DNA of 64,000 nt from Anthoceros angustus (taxonomy: Eukaryota > Plantae > Anthocerotophyta): positions 1 through 64,000 of the forward strand of contig VJWM01000304.1 in NCBI GenBank assembly GCA_010909165.1, in the 5' to 3' direction. The notes below the pieces were generated by a model. That model did not search any database, was not told the origin of the DNA, and was given only the letters and a program-made list of their open reading frames with translations. Both the position numbers and the translations under genes were made by a program. Numbering within the stretch: the stretch's first letter is position 1; every line of letters starts with the position of its first letter. Shown piece after piece: positions 1 to 13,139 of this stretch.

Positions 1-2772
1 TTCCTCGCTTAACTGTCTGACGGCCGAGTGAAATGACGCGTGCACGGGGCTGAAGGGCACATGGGACACTGGCCGGCGGCTATGATAGGCGCACGCGGGC
101 GGAACGAAGACCGCAAGGCGGCGCCCTGTGCTTTAAGGTTAATTAACCCACTTGCAGAATTCGGAACCCATCATCACTCCATCCGAGGTTCATCCTCCCG
201 CATTCCCCACTCTCGCTGAAAAGCTCGTGGGAAATCTCAAGTGAAACGTGGTCACTTTCCGTGCTCCACCCCTTCGCCGCTTGGTGGACCTCTTCCATGC
301 CCCGTCCTGGCTTGGCACTTGGCCTCCACCCGGAAGCAGCTTGACAACCTCCGCCTCCAAAGGCGTCCCTCCGGTCCCAGACTTCCATCTCCTCCTCGGA
401 ACGCCCACGAGATTTTTGGAAAGGGCAGGCGTCATCCGTATCCTCCCTGCTCATCGCTCCTTAATTGCCCCCCGGGCGGAGGTGTACACCCTCCGCGGGT
501 GCTTTGCCACAGTTCTGCCAGTGATGTATCCTTGCTCGATCGCTATCGCCTTCCCCACTCTTGCCCGATCCCAATCAACTCGATTGAAATGGATCTTCTT
601 CCTTCCTGACCACGAAGTCCGCGTGTAAGCAGCCCCGCTTATGGTTGCTTTGACTAACAACTTCCTGCCGGTAGCGTCTGGACATGTCCGCCATCCTGAG
701 AGTTTTGGTGGATGGCTCAAACGCTGTGAACCCCAACCGCCTTGCTGTGGCTTCCGTGATGAGGTTGACTCCTCGACTTGTGTGTCAGTGGGTACGCTTT
801 TATCACGCACCAGCGATTCCACCGGGAATCCGTGCTCAAAGTGCGTATAGGATACTACCCTTACTTCCATCCGGGTTTGGGTCACCTGACACAGAAGCAT
901 TTCGGGCGTGGTTGTGTCTCGCCAGTGGCCCTCCGAAGACTTCTGCCACGGTGCCGGATTGTCTTCATCATGATTGTAGCTTGACACGGTGCTGTTGGTT
1001 CATCATCAAGTAAATACAGCAGGCAGCGCGTAGGCAACTCCTTCACAGTTGTATTAGGTGTGTCATTTGCAATTCTCTAGTTCTCCTTTTCGCTTGCTGG
1101 CAGCATTTCACCTATCCAGGTCCTGTCGGATTTCCCCTCCTCTGGCTCTCCCGTCACCTCACGAACCACATCCGTGAGCGGGGCATGTTACCTTGGAGTG
1201 GAGTCCGTTCCTTCTGTGCATACGTAGTTTCTTCTGGGTGATTCCTCTTGGCGGAGTTGCCCGATCCAACTACTTCTTCCTTGGCTGGCTCCCCCTCCTT
1301 TGCATGGAGGCTTTCCCCTCCCTCACGTATCCGTGGTGCTCTCTCCATTCTTTCTTCACCTCTTGGTGCCTTCTCCTTTCACTCCTTCCCTATGACGGGT
1401 TGGCCTCCGGCACCTCCAGACCTGTGGCCACCTCCACTTCCTTAGCAGTAACCGCTTCTTGCCACTCCGTCCCAAGTTCCCTTGGTGTCTCCTCCCACTC
1501 CGCCAGCTGTGCATCTTCAATCTGCGGCCATTGGCGGCTGCCAGGAAGGGGTGTGAAGGACGGACCCCTTGTCCCACGGCCGGGGTGGGCGTATAGCACA
1601 CCGTCCTTGGCGAAAGGGTTGAACCTGAGTCTTGCCCGCCATTATATATCCCTTTGCTTGCAATCCCCACACATGCGTTCAAAATCTCCGTTACCTTGCA
1701 GTGGGGTATAGGCGAGGCGTTGGAGTAGTGCCCAGGGGTTCTGGTTCAATGAGACCACCGCCATGAAGAATCGGAGGTGCTCGGCCATGCGGTTACATTG
1801 GAGGTGCATGGATGGACCCGGCCACCGTGAGGATAAGCATCATGCTTTTGGATATGTGACCCGGAGGAATTGCTGCACACAATGCCGCATCTCCCATTAC
1901 TCTCGGACTCTTCCCGTGATCGTATTCTACTTGGTTCCACCAGATGCAGAGGCGATTGTAGCCTGGGCCCATGTCTTTGGTAGCACCGCGCACCATAAAT
2001 GGAGTCAGGACCGTGCGTGGCTGCCTTCCGCGCTCATGATCTTTCACCTAGTTGATGGTGCTAACCTTCCACCTCTTCATTGCTCCGGGTCTTCCAAAGT
2101 CTCTCAAACCCGCTACTTCTTTTAAGGGGTGGTTAGGTGGAACCTCCTCGCTTGCCAGGCGGGCATCACGACCTCCTTTTTTTTCTCGGCCCTTCGCTTC
2201 CTCACAGGCTTCTTCTTCTGCTTATTTGTCTGGCCGAGGTTCCTCCTCCTCAGGAAACTTCGGATTCTTCCTGGAGATCTCCTCCTCTTCCTCCGGGCAA
2301 TGTCTCGATCTCTTCACCTCCTCTTGGGAAAGCTCCCTCATCTTCGCGACATTCAGACCCACGTCTCTTCTTTTCTTCTTCCCTCATGAGTGGTCACCAA
2401 GTCCTCCGTTGGTACATCGATTCTTACGTAGTTCTCTTCGCCGCTCAGACACTTTTACTCACATCCCTTCATAGCGGCCCATGTATACAGTGGCTTAGAG
2501 TAGGGCCGGCCATGAACCATGCTTGCTTGCGTAGTGGTGTGGGTGGGGTGCTGGTCCCGGAGGGGCGTAGGAACCGTTCGATGTCACGATCCCCAACTCT
2601 CCTCAAAATCTTTCCTCGCTTTAGGATTCTTTCGAGCTTGGAGCGGGAATGGCAACCTGATCGATTCCACGGAATCTCTCCGGAAGGCGTCCATCAGTCA
2701 GCTTCAAAGGTCAGCCCGGGGGTGTGGCGCGACTTTCGGCCAGTCGGCAGGCGCCGCACAATCCGATGTCGT

Positions 2773-4031
2773 TGTAGTAAGGGGGTCGTTCCCAAGCAGA
2801 ATGATAGGCTCAGGTTGCCACGCGTTTCAATCGCTTTCTCACCTCAGTACCCTGCTTTGGACTCAACACACACACATTCATACGCTTTTACGACTAACTA
2901 CCGTAATCGTTCAGGGGACCCGGAGCAAAACAAGGTGGCCAAGCGTTTGATGACCCGCTTCAAGCGTCCGTGTCATTCAAGTTTGTCACTCGTTCTCTAA
3001 TAGTCCGCTCCTCTTACCATCTGCCACACTACACTCATCGTCCTTGGAGAAAATCGCTGGGTGGTCATTTTAGCAGTCCGGTTCTCCGTCGCTCTTGACG
3101 CTCTCCGTCAGGGCTCTACCGGCCCTGCCTTATACGCCCCGAGTCCCTCCGGCTCACACGTTCAGGTCATCCCGTCTTTGGGCCGCGGCTAGCCACCGAC
3201 GAGCAAGGAATCATCGATGGCTCTTACACACCACCACACGTGCTAGGGTCCGTCACGGGACCTTGATCGATCTCCCGGGGGTGTCGGCTACCGCCTGAGT
3301 GACTCGGGACTCACGTTAGCAAGAAGGCGCACAAGGGCCTCGCAGTGAAACGCCTGCATCAACACTCAAGAGAAGATACATTTACAAGAGCAGCCTCAAT
3401 TTCTCTTATACTACGCCCAAGGTGGCGCCTTTATTACACCCCTATTCGAAATGAGCAGCTAACTCAAGGAGCCCTAATCGGCCGCCTTACTATTTCTTAT
3501 TCCACCCATCTACTGGGTGGTGGGGCCGGGTTGTCCTAATTCCGCCTTCGCCCGGCGGCCCAAGCCCTTCGACAATCAAGCACCTAACGGATGATCCGCG
3601 AGGGCGGGCCTACCTCCCGACTCGTCAGTCGAGCCACGGCGGGCGGCCCGACATCGGCAGTCACCACCAAGTCCTCCTCCCCATCTTCTCTTGTCTCACC
3701 GGTGGGCCCTGTACGGGCCCTCTAAGAGATGGTGGTTCTGTCGCCGGTGGTTGGTGGCTCCTTCTACTCCCCGAGTCCGGACCTCGTGGTCCAATCTCGA
3801 CCGAGTCCGAACTCTAGGTCCGGGTCTTCTCGGGGTCCGGACCGGTCCGTCTCCTTTCTCGAGTCCGGACTGTGGTCCTGACTCGCCTGGGGTCCGCCTG
3901 GGCGCCTTCCCTCGAGTCCTGGACTGTGGTCCAAATTGTTACCAGAGTCCGGACCTCCCGAGTCCAGACTTTTTTCAGAGGCTTGACCGGGTCCGGGTTT
4001 TTGAGGAGTCCTGACAAAGTCCGGACCAGCC
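2773..4031 (-). mobile_element. LTR-like repeat A, distal part (interrupted by the Gypsy insertion at 4032)
   Basis: The reverse complement matches ~20100-21320 (e.g. 3300-3430 vs 20680-20830; 2780-2850 vs 21255-21320). It ends ...CCCCTTACTACA on the minus strand at 2773 and has a TATA-like TATAAGAG. No PBS follows. Confidence 0.55.
3770..4030 (-). repeat. Degenerate GTCCGGAC-core tandem repeats (inverse of the 33-bp array at 20140-20325)
   Basis: Recurring gagtccggac/gggtccggac units. Confidence 0.75.
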
Positions 4032-4129
4032 GTGAACGCCAAATTTTGGGTCCACTTGCTGAAGAGGGGCGGATGCCTCTTAGTTTTGTTCATATTAGTT
4101 AGGTTTTATTTTTCTTTTTCTTTTTCTCA

Positions 4130-5505
4130 CCAATGTAACACCGACGGAAGTGGCAACAAGGAGAGACTAGTCTCGGATCGACTGACGTAAAGGAGGAAAA
4201 ACAGATTCAAAACGGTCCAACGAAAAGGACGGAGGTCCGGGAGGTCCGGAAAGTTTACGCGAGAGGAAGGTTCGGAAGGCCGAACCTCAAGAAGGAGGGC
4301 TGGTGCCGGGCCTAGTGGCGGCGCCAGTCACGCCCGCCTGCATACCCGGACATGCAATGGGAGTAAAGTCCTTACCAAGACGCGCACGAGAAGGGTCTTC
4401 GCGAGGCGGATGCGCGCAATTTCCGACGGCCGAGCGAGCTTGAGGTGGTGCGCGAGTGGTGACAAAGGCCAAGGAGGAAGAGGCGCAACACTAAGGAGGA
4501 GCGATGCATGCATATATAGAGAAATCGCCCTGGCGCTGAGGAAGAAATCAGCGCCGTCCTTGGCCTCGTGGTTGAGGAATTCCAAACGTCATGAAGGGAA
4601 AAGGTCCTTGGCCTTCTGGACAGGGAAATGTCCTGGCCTTTGGGGTGTGGAAAATCCTTCCTCACCCTATATATGTAGAGGGGAGGCCGAGGTCGCCAAG
4701 CCAAGAATGAAGAACTGGAGGCCAAACTCAAGGAGCTGGAGGGAGGACAGCCACATGGAGTAAGGAGCGTGAGGAGCTCATGAAGCAAGCAACGGAGGTC
4801 GACCAACGGTGGAAGGAAGAGGTAGCCCACCGAGGAAAATGATGCATCGCATGTCGGTCGTCAGAAGCAACGCTTTCAGATTATGCATGGCGAAGGGATA
4901 CCGGAGGCATGGAAGAGAGATGCCGAGAATGTCACTTTACGCCTGCTTGAGTGAGGTGACGCTTGAGAGGGATGCGCTATGGTAAGATAGCCTCGTGGAG
5001 AGTGGCCTCGAGGAATTTGATGAGATTTGTTTGAAGGGCCGAGATGCAGTCCACTTACATGCTAGGGTCAACAAGTTCGCCAAGGAGATGCGCCCTTGTT
5101 GACAAGGAAGTTGTTGGGTCCCCACGATGACAGGAGATTTTGAAGAATTGACCCCTCAACTTCGGAGATTCGGGACTTGAGAGTGAAATGGATGCAAGGC
5201 TCAATGTGGGAGGAGCCAATGGAAGAGGAAGAGATTTCAGCCAGAGAGTTGGTGGGGTGTCTGGCAGACAGAGCCGCACCAACACCCAACCGCCTGAGGT
5301 AATTGCGGCGCATGATGGCTACAGAGGCCAAGGCCTCTACAAGAGCGCCTGCAAGAGGGGTGGCGCCCATCAATCCAACATCGCCGAGACAGTGTGGAGG
5401 TTCCCGCGACGACGAGTGAAGAGATCCGACAGGGACACCCCAAGCCAAGAGGAGGAAGACGGTGGTTGCCGCCATGCCAACACCCAAGAAGAAGTAGGCA
5501 AATAG
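4130..5505 (+). pseudogene. LTR(U3)-embedded coiled-coil ORF, frameshifted (5' LTR copy)
   Basis: Read across frames: KNEELEAKLKELEG...KEREELMKQATEV...AVHLHARVNKFAKEM...LLGPHD. Homologous to the ORF at 56858-57848. Confidence 0.6.
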
Positions 5506-5539
5506 TTGGTAGGGGAGTGAATGGGTCATTAAGACCCCT

Positions 5540-5815
5540 AGTTAGTGGGATTGTTAGAGGTAGGTTAAGAACCTTTAAGAGGCCACCTACTTAGAAGCAA
5601 GAGACTTAATTAATGCTAGTTAGTGGGATTGTTAGGAGGTAGGTTAAGAACCTAAGAGGCCACCTACTTAAAACCATAGCAACCCCACCCACCCAGACTT
5701 AATTAATGCTAGGGGTTAGTGGGATTGTTAGGAGGTAGGTTAAGAACCTTTAAGAGGCCACCTACTTAAAACCGTAAGCAACCCCACCTACCCCACCGAC
5801 TTAATTAATGCTAGG
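5540..5815 (+). repeat. ~102-bp tandem repeat in the 5' LTR (about 3 units, some partial)
   Basis: Unit GGTTAGTGGGATTGTTAGGAGGTAGGTTAAGAACCTTTAAGAGGCCACCTACTTAAAACC...TTAATTAATGCTA. Confidence 0.85.
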
Positions 5816-6194
5816 GTTTGGGGAGCTCCTATAAGAGGGAGGAGCTCCCATAATAAAATGTCATGCCTTGCTCTCCGACTGTGTGTGCTTGTCTTGCTAC
5901 ACAAGCGCATGCGACTGCGTGTGAGGGTGCATGGTGTCCGTAGGGTCTTGAGGTGCGGTGACGGTGAGGGCGGGCCCAAACCTTTCTGGAGGTAGCCGGG
6001 TAGCGCTCGAGCGTGAGGGAGCGCATTGTGGTTGCGAACGGCAGCGGGCTGCATCGTAAAGGGAAGACCCCTAGCAAAATCCAAAGACGCGGACGCCACT
6101 TGCAGCCAAATGTCCTAGGTCCGTGAGGGCAATGCCCTATGATCCGAGGCGCTGGCCGGGAGGCTGTGAGGGCGCCTGTATCGATAGTTAGCTA

Positions 6195-6420
6195 GGAAGA
6201 GTGGAAGAGGTAGATTAGAGAAGAGAGGAGAAGAGAGGAGAAAAGAGAGAAAAGAGAAAAGAAAAGAGAGAGCGAGAGAGCGAGAGAGTGAGAGCGAGAG
6301 AGGACGAGAGAGGAGCTAGAGAGGATAGGGAGCAAGAGAGGAGAAGAAGGAGCAAGAGAGAAAAGAGAAAAGACAAAAGAGAAGAGAGGAGGAAGAAACC
6401 TAGAAAAGAGAGGGAAGGTG
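6195..6420 (+). repeat. GA-rich polypurine tract within the LTR (also 15316-15540)
   Basis: About 220 bp of almost pure G/A in both LTRs. Confidence 0.9.
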
Positions 6421-6818
6421 GAATTTCAAGTGGATAAGAGCTTGAGGGGCGGCCCCAAATTTGTCATGAGAAGGGTCTTAGGGAGTGTAGGAACTGCTGG
6501 GAGGATTGCCCAGACGGTGATTTGGGGTCCCAAGGTCGCCCGCAGATTGGGCGGCTCGCGACGAGGTCCGCCCGACGAGTCATCGCGGGCGTAGGGTAGT
6601 GTGACTTACCGAGGGTCACCGGTGGCGCGTAGGAGGGGCGCTAGTCCCGGGCGCCTGTGACGGGAGCGAGAGTCGAGAGGTCGGGCCGTGAGGGCGCACC
6701 TCCATCCAAGGGAAGGGCTCCCACTCCTTCGTGGGAACGAAACCCACTGCACGAACCGATGGGATAAGTGTGGCCATGGCTGAGGGTTCCGGGGTCCCGG
6801 AACCTCCCACCACATTTT

Positions 6819-6832
6819 TGGCGCTGCCGGGA
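6819..6832 (+). promoter_or_regulatory. Primer binding site (TGGCGCTGCCGGGA), Athila-type
   Basis: It starts with TGG four nt after the LTR-terminal CA and resembles the Athila PBS TGGCGCCGTTGCCGGGGA with small deletions. Confidence 0.8.
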
Positions 6833-6869
6833 GTGTGTTTTTCTTTGTTCGAATGGAGAGTGTGAAGAT

Positions 6870-8700
6870 GTACGCCGATGACCGGAGGACGTGGTGAACG
6901 AAGAGCATCCGGAGGAAGGTCATCTCCATATATTTCACCAAGAGAGTTGCGAGCGACACGGAGGAATCAATCGCGAAAGAAGTCCGAGAGAACGACGCGC
7001 GAGGGAGGAAGAGGATTTTGTGCCTTCACCGACGACTTGAAGAAGAAGATTTTGCACTTCATGTTGAAGGTGAAGAGTTGGAAGAACCAAGAAGGGACGA
7101 AACAGTGATCCAGGAAGTACGGAGTGCGACACATTGGAGAGGACAACACGGAAGTCCTCAAGACAAGAATCGAGCATCTCCGTGAGGCGTACACGCTATA
7201 GGTGTACCAAAGGTCAGCGGCGCACCATTCGCGAGGATGACACCTGTGGGTGGTGTCCAGCTTGGCCACGGTTGGGAGCAGCGCAAGGGGGTGCAACACC
7301 TGCCAACAGGCCCAACATGAGTGGAGTCGGTGCAGCGGGAGGCACCACGGTAGGAGGAGGTGGCTCATTGCCCACATAGTCGGCAGATGTGAAGTTTGGA
7401 GACAAGAAGAAGGGAGACGATGCGAGGCTTTTATTCGCACGCTTGAGCATGTCTCTCATGCTAATTTAGAGGATTCAAGGACCGCTTGAATTTTTCCGGT
7501 TTGTTAAGAGGACACGCACAAAGGGTACAAGAGGGACGATGGGACCGCACCACCGGCTGATTGGGAAGACTTCAAATCGTAGTTCCTAACAAGGTTTAGA
7601 GGGTTGAGTCACGGACATCATACATTGGCGAGATTGAGGACTCTCGCAGGAGAAAGAAGGAAACGTGTATGATTACGTGAGAGGTTCTACCTACTTGGAT
7701 CGCGGCTCCAAGGTGTAGACCGCTTGTTCCAGGAGGTCCTACCACGAGGCTTCGATGAGCGTTAGATTGGTTTGTAAGTGGGTTGCCCACTAAGATGGAT
7801 GTTTACCGTCGGAGAGGAACGACTACCGCAAGGAGCATTGAAGTTGGCTGAAGATTACGAGGCTGAGCTTGGTCGTCAAGGAAGAAGCGGAGGGAGCATG
7901 GGAAGCATAAGGGAGGCAGATCCTCCACCCTCGCCCTCTCATTCTTCGCCTCTACGACACGAACAAGGAAGTGTCGCATCGAGTCACCCACGGATGAGGA
8001 GTACCTAAAGGAGAATGAAGAAGGATTTGGAGAAGATTCAAGCGAAGACAAGAAGAGGCCGAGCGCCAAGCGAGAAAGACAAGAAGGGTAAAGGAGCGCA
8101 CCGAATGGAGAGGAGCAACGCCACGCTGTGGTGGAGGTCTAAACAACCAAATTGAGGCTTTGACAAGGAGATTGATCAATTGGAGGTCAAAGCAGTCGCA
8201 ACCAGCGCTAGGAGATCTCCTCCGCGTATGCTAGTGTATTGTTCGATCCGTCACCAATCAGGCCATACGAATCGAGAGTGTGTCAAAGCGCCAAGACATG
8301 CAGTCAACCAGGTAGAAGCCTATACACCAGGTGACTACTGGTATGTTGATGAAGCTTACCAAGTACAAGCGGTGACAGGAGGACGACCACCGCAGTCAAT
8401 GAGGCCAACTTACCAACCGACAGTTCCTTCAGGGATGCGCTATAGTTCACGACCAGTTTCACCAGGACCGTGGAGGCCGGATCCTTCACAACGTCCAATG
8501 TCTGCTCTCGTGGATGTTGTTTTAACCGTGGAATGCCAGTCACTATGGCGATCGCCCGTAACCTCGACGGTGTAGGCTATGTGCCCTTCCGCTGTGTATG
8601 CAAAGAATTGGGGCACAAAGTGGGAGATCCAAGGTGCCCGTGGAGTGTTACGCATCGCGCCTATACGGCCGTGAGTCGTAATCACCGAACCAAAGAACGG
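6870..8700 (+). pseudogene. gag: Gag polyprotein (frameshifted) with three Cys/His zinc-knuckle-like motifs
   Basis: WEDFKS.FLTRF retrotransposon-gag motif at ~7560. Knuckles CSIRHQSGHTNREC (~8238), CFN.GMP.HYG..P (~8517) and VCKELGHKVGDPRCP (~8595). Confidence 0.75.
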
Positions 8701-9399
8701 AGACAATCCCCATCAACACGAGACGGCCATCGCGGTAGCTAACACGCGTGTTGACGGTGGAGGCGGAAGAAGAAGAAGAACCACAAGAGGCTTTGTGTCT
8801 ACTGTGGATTGTGGAGGAGGATATGCAGGAGAAGTAAGTGATGGAGAAGATCCCTTGGTGGCTAGGGTCACCACACGATCCGAAAGAGAGAAGGAACGGG
8901 TAGACCGACTCAAGGAGAAGATGACAAGAAGAAGAGGAAGGTGCGCGAGGATTCACCTTGGCCACCTGAGACGAGACAAGGGACACCTGATCCGGTGTTG
9001 GAGGAGAATGATTGGACGAAGGAGAGTCCAAAGAGGTTACGAGGCGAGAGGAGATCAACCACTCATGAGGGAGGTGGAGACCACGCTTCCACGACATCGC
9101 AAGGAAGTTGCCGTGATGTTGGAAGATGAATCGAGGAGGCGACTCCGACCAAAAGGGTCTCTTTTGCTGAATCTGCAGTGAGTGACCCGTGGAAGACAAG
9201 CGCAAGGAGAGGCGAGTGAGGAACAACCAAGAGAGGTTGTTGCGCTCTCGCTAGTGAGACCGCAAGAGGGGTTCTAGCATCAAAGATTTCTAGCTGATGC
9301 GCTACTTGATCAAGAGTTTGTAGTGAGCTTGAGATGCTCTTGGCGGAGTCCAAGATCGAGGAAGATCGTGAAGGAGGCGACACGGGATACCAGAGCCAC

Positions 9400-12300
9400 T
9401 AGAGGTAAGGAGCATGCAAGTGGAAGTTAACGCGTGGAGCTGGTTGATTGTGGAGCCCCGAGATTGAGATTGAGATAGCGGTGGTGTTTAGTGCCGATGT
9501 CCCTTTGGACACGGATCCGGAGTGAATTTGATGACCAAGAGACAAGACATCGACTTGGGTTTTGATCCCATTCGTGTCTTCACGAATGGCGGACTGCACC
9601 AAGAGAAAGCCTTTGGGGTGCGCAGAACATCCCCACGGTGATTGGAGGTATTACCTTCAATACATTGTGATGAGACCAGACGGACTTGGGGTACAAGGTA
9701 CTTCTTGGGAGGCCCATGATGCTTTGCATCTTTGATTTTGGGAGGCGTGGAGTTACTGTGTCGAGGTGACAGTCCCGCAAAGACCTTTCAGATCGTGGAG
9801 CGATCACCACGAAGGAGACCGAGTCTCCACGTGGATACACTTGTGAGCACGGGCGAGAGTTCGTCCGGAGTAATTTGGCTTACCAAGGACCAGCCAAAGC
9901 AATGATATGGTGTATGGGGACAGGGATCCCATGTTTTCATACCGACGCATCTGGAGGAAGAAGATTTGGGGGAGGATGAGGAGCACCGAGAGGGTGCCGC
10001 CTTTTGAAGGGTCACGCCACGATCACGACTTTCCGGAGGAAGGATCGCACGTGTAAGTGTGAGCTAAGGAGTTTATGTAGACCATGACGCAGTGGAGGAC
10101 ATGGAGTTGAAGCCGGGCAAAAGTGTGAAAGTTTCCAAGTATCTCAGCCCGACGGAGCAAGAGGAGTTGAAGGCCTTACTAAGGAAGTACATAGATGTAT
10201 TTGCCTTTAAGGTCACTGATATGACTGGGATTCCTGAAGAGCTAGGAATCCATCGCATTGACCTCAAGGAGGGAAGCACGCCAGTTCGAGTGAAGCAGTA
10301 CCGTCTCAATCCCAAGTACTCCATGGTTGTGAAGGACCAATTGGACCAGTACTTAGAGGCGGGGGTGATTTATCCGGTTCTCACCAGAATGGGTGGCGCC
10401 CATCGTGGTGGTTCCCAAGAAGCAACAAGGCAAGGTTCGTGTTTGTCAAGATTTCGTGGAGGCTCAACGAACGAAGAAGGACCACCATCCACTACCCTTC
10501 ATGGATAGCGTTTTGGACACGGTGGCGGGTCATGAAATGTACAGCCTTCCTAGATGGCTATTCGTTACAATCAAATCACGCCACGCAAGGAGGATCAAGA
10601 CAAGACCACTTTCACCACGGATTGGGGACGTTTCACGCCAAGCTTCCATTCGGACTGCAATGCCCCGCAACTTTCCAACGAGTGGTAAACAGATCTTTAG
10701 AGATTTTTCTGCAAGTTCATGGAAGTGTTTCTTGACGATTTTTGTGTCTTTGGGAGGCAACACTCACATTGGGAACATCCGGGCGGTGTTTTCAACGCGT
10801 GAGACCAACCTAAAACTTCACCCGTGGAAGTGTTTTTCGGGATGACGGAGGGATTCTCCTCGCTCATCGAAGTTTCAAAGACGAGGACTCCAAGTGGACA
10901 TGGAGAAAGTCAAGGTGATCGCAGAGATGGATGCACCTCGGACAATCAGCAGTCGAGCTTTCATAGGGTTAGTCGGCTATTACAGGAGATTCACAAAGAT
11001 TTTGCAAAGAAGGCAGCCGTCCTAACCCACTCACAAAGAAGGACGTAGCATTTGAGTGGACAATGGAAAGAGAAGAAGCGTTCAACAACTAAAGAGGAGT
11101 TTGGTGGAGGCACCCACCTTGAGACCACCAAATTGGGAAGCCATTTCACGGTACGTGGATGTGTCTGCGTATGCGCTTGGGGCTATTCCGAGCGTAAGGA
11201 CGAAGAGAAGAGGGATCATCCTATCTTCTACGCGGCTTGACCGACGCGAGAGAAATTACTCTACGACTGAGAGGGAGGCGTTGGGAATCATCTACGCATG
11301 CAAGAAGTTTCGCCACTACCTCTTGGCCTGCAAGGTAACCTTCCACGTTGATCATTTTGCGCTGAAGTACCTAGTGAACAAGCCGGATTTGTCGGGAAGA
11401 ATTGCTCGATGGATTCTTTTGCTGCAAGAGTTTGATTTTGATGTTGAGACGCGAGCGGGTAAGAGACACATCAACGCGGATTTCATCTCGAGGTTGAGAA
11501 CAATGGAAAGGTCCGGAGACGGACGATAGGTTTCTGACGAGGAGTTGGTCGCGACATCAGATGAAGAGGAAAGGCACGAGGGCGAAGTGAGCCCTGCAGA
11601 AGAGCAGGCCGCATGTGAGGGTGTACAGTGGTCCATGACCGGATCCTAAGCCGCGAGGGAAGTTCGGATCGACTTCGTGTGGACAATGGGAGAGACGCCT
11701 AACACGAGATAGCAGGACGAGAATCGTGGAGGACGTGCCATGAGTCCTCAACCAAGATCAAGGAGCCGTGGCTCCACAGGCGCAACGTCGCCGTTCAAGG
11801 GATAGAGAAGGCGATGCGCAAGGCGCTAAGGGAGAAGTTCAAGATGGAGTTAGGAATCATGCCCAATGGATTGAGTAGGGAAGGACGAGCGCTTTTCTTC
11901 ATAAGGTAGCCTCATCGCTTGAGGAATGGAATCTTGTACAAGATGGGGCGGATGAGAAGATACGAAGGTGTCTGGAGCCCGGAGAGGCTTTGGTGATTGA
12001 GGCTTTACATGCGGAGGAGGCAGGGGTCATTACTGCAGTCACGATTAAGAAGATTTTGGATGTGCTTTTGGTGGACTACCATGCAACGTGATGTTTGGGA
12101 TTCTATTAGGAGATGCGACGCGTGTCGGTAGGCCGACACTGCCACACAAAGGGATCGACCTACATTCTCGCCACTCCTTTTGAGAAGTGGGAATCGACTT
12201 TGTTATTCGCCCACCTACCGTGGACTCAAGCAATACATATTGGTGGCCACCGACATCGCACCAAGATGGTAGAGGCGGAGGCGACAAGGAAGGATGACGC

Positions 12301-12995
12301 CCGGCCGCAAAATTTTTGTTTTTGAGAACATCATCACACGTATGGTTGTCCCTTGAGTTGGTGAGTGACCGAGGAACTCACTTCTTGAACATCGTCATTG
12401 AGTCGTTGACCTACTTCAACATACGACACCGCAAGACAACGCCTTACAACCCAAGGCAAATGGCCTCACGAGAAGACCAACGGATTGTCGGGTACCATTT
12501 TGACTAAGGTGATCACACACACATGTATGATCGGGACACGAAGCTTCATTCAAGACTTTGGGCATATCGGACCGAGAAGGTAACCAAAACGAACGCCTAC
12601 TATCCGACCTACGGATGTCACCGTGTTACCAATTGAGTTTGAGATTCCAACACATCGAATCATGGAGGACGTAAGGATGACTGTGGAGGACAACAAATAC
12701 GATTGGAGGCTTTCGCGACTTATGAGGAGGACCGAGAAGAGGCACTTGAGGAGACCTACAAGATCCAAGAACAACGGAAGCATCGACATGACGGAAGCTT
12801 CAAAGAGAGAAGTGATTGTGGCTGGAGATTTGGTGTCGTATGACCGATACTTAGATTTTCCAGAAAGTTGAGATTGAGGTGGATGGGACCCTACAAGGTT
12901 GAGGAGGTGTATGAGAATGGGTCCACCGCGAGTCTTGGATGGAGACCTCCGCCAACGCGAGTGAATGGCCGGAAGGTCAAGAAGTATTTCACTTG
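9400..12995 (+). pseudogene. pol: Pol: aspartic protease, reverse transcriptase, RNase H, integrase (frameshifted)
   Basis: PR: LDTGSGVNL (~9505). RT: HRIDLKEGSTPVRVKQYRLNP, APIVVVPKK, FLDD (~10730). RH: YSTTEREALGIIYACKKFRHYL...DHFALKYL...ARWILLLQEFDF. INT: LVSDRGTHF, HRKTTPYNP and the GPY motif. Confidence 0.93.
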
Positions 12996-13022
12996 AGTCC
13001 TGTTGTTTGCGTGGACGCAAAC

Positions 13023-13037
13023 AAGTGAAGGGGGGCA
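13023..13037 (+). promoter_or_regulatory. Polypurine tract
   Basis: AAGTGAAGGGGGGCA lies directly before the TG start of the 3' LTR. Confidence 0.88.
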
Positions 13038-13139
13038 TGTGGAACGCCAAATTTTGGGTCCACGGTTGGAAGAGGGGCGGATGCCTCTTAGTTTTGTTCA
13101 TATTAGTTAGGTTTTATTTTTCTTTTTTCTTTTCTCACC

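Larger units (their letters stand above)
4032..6814 (+). repeat. 5' LTR (~2.78 kb)
   Basis: Near-identical to 13038-15952; ends ...CCCACCACA immediately before the PBS. Confidence 0.92.

Noticed and set aside
6700-6780. Canonical hammerhead ribozyme in the LTR
   Set aside because: GAAA and flanking stems are present, but there is no CUGANGA core on either strand in the right position; kept only as an unknown structured motif.
12870-13037. Chromodomain or internal env-like ORF after the integrase
   Set aside because: Pol ends ~40 bp before the 3' LTR, leaving no room for either.
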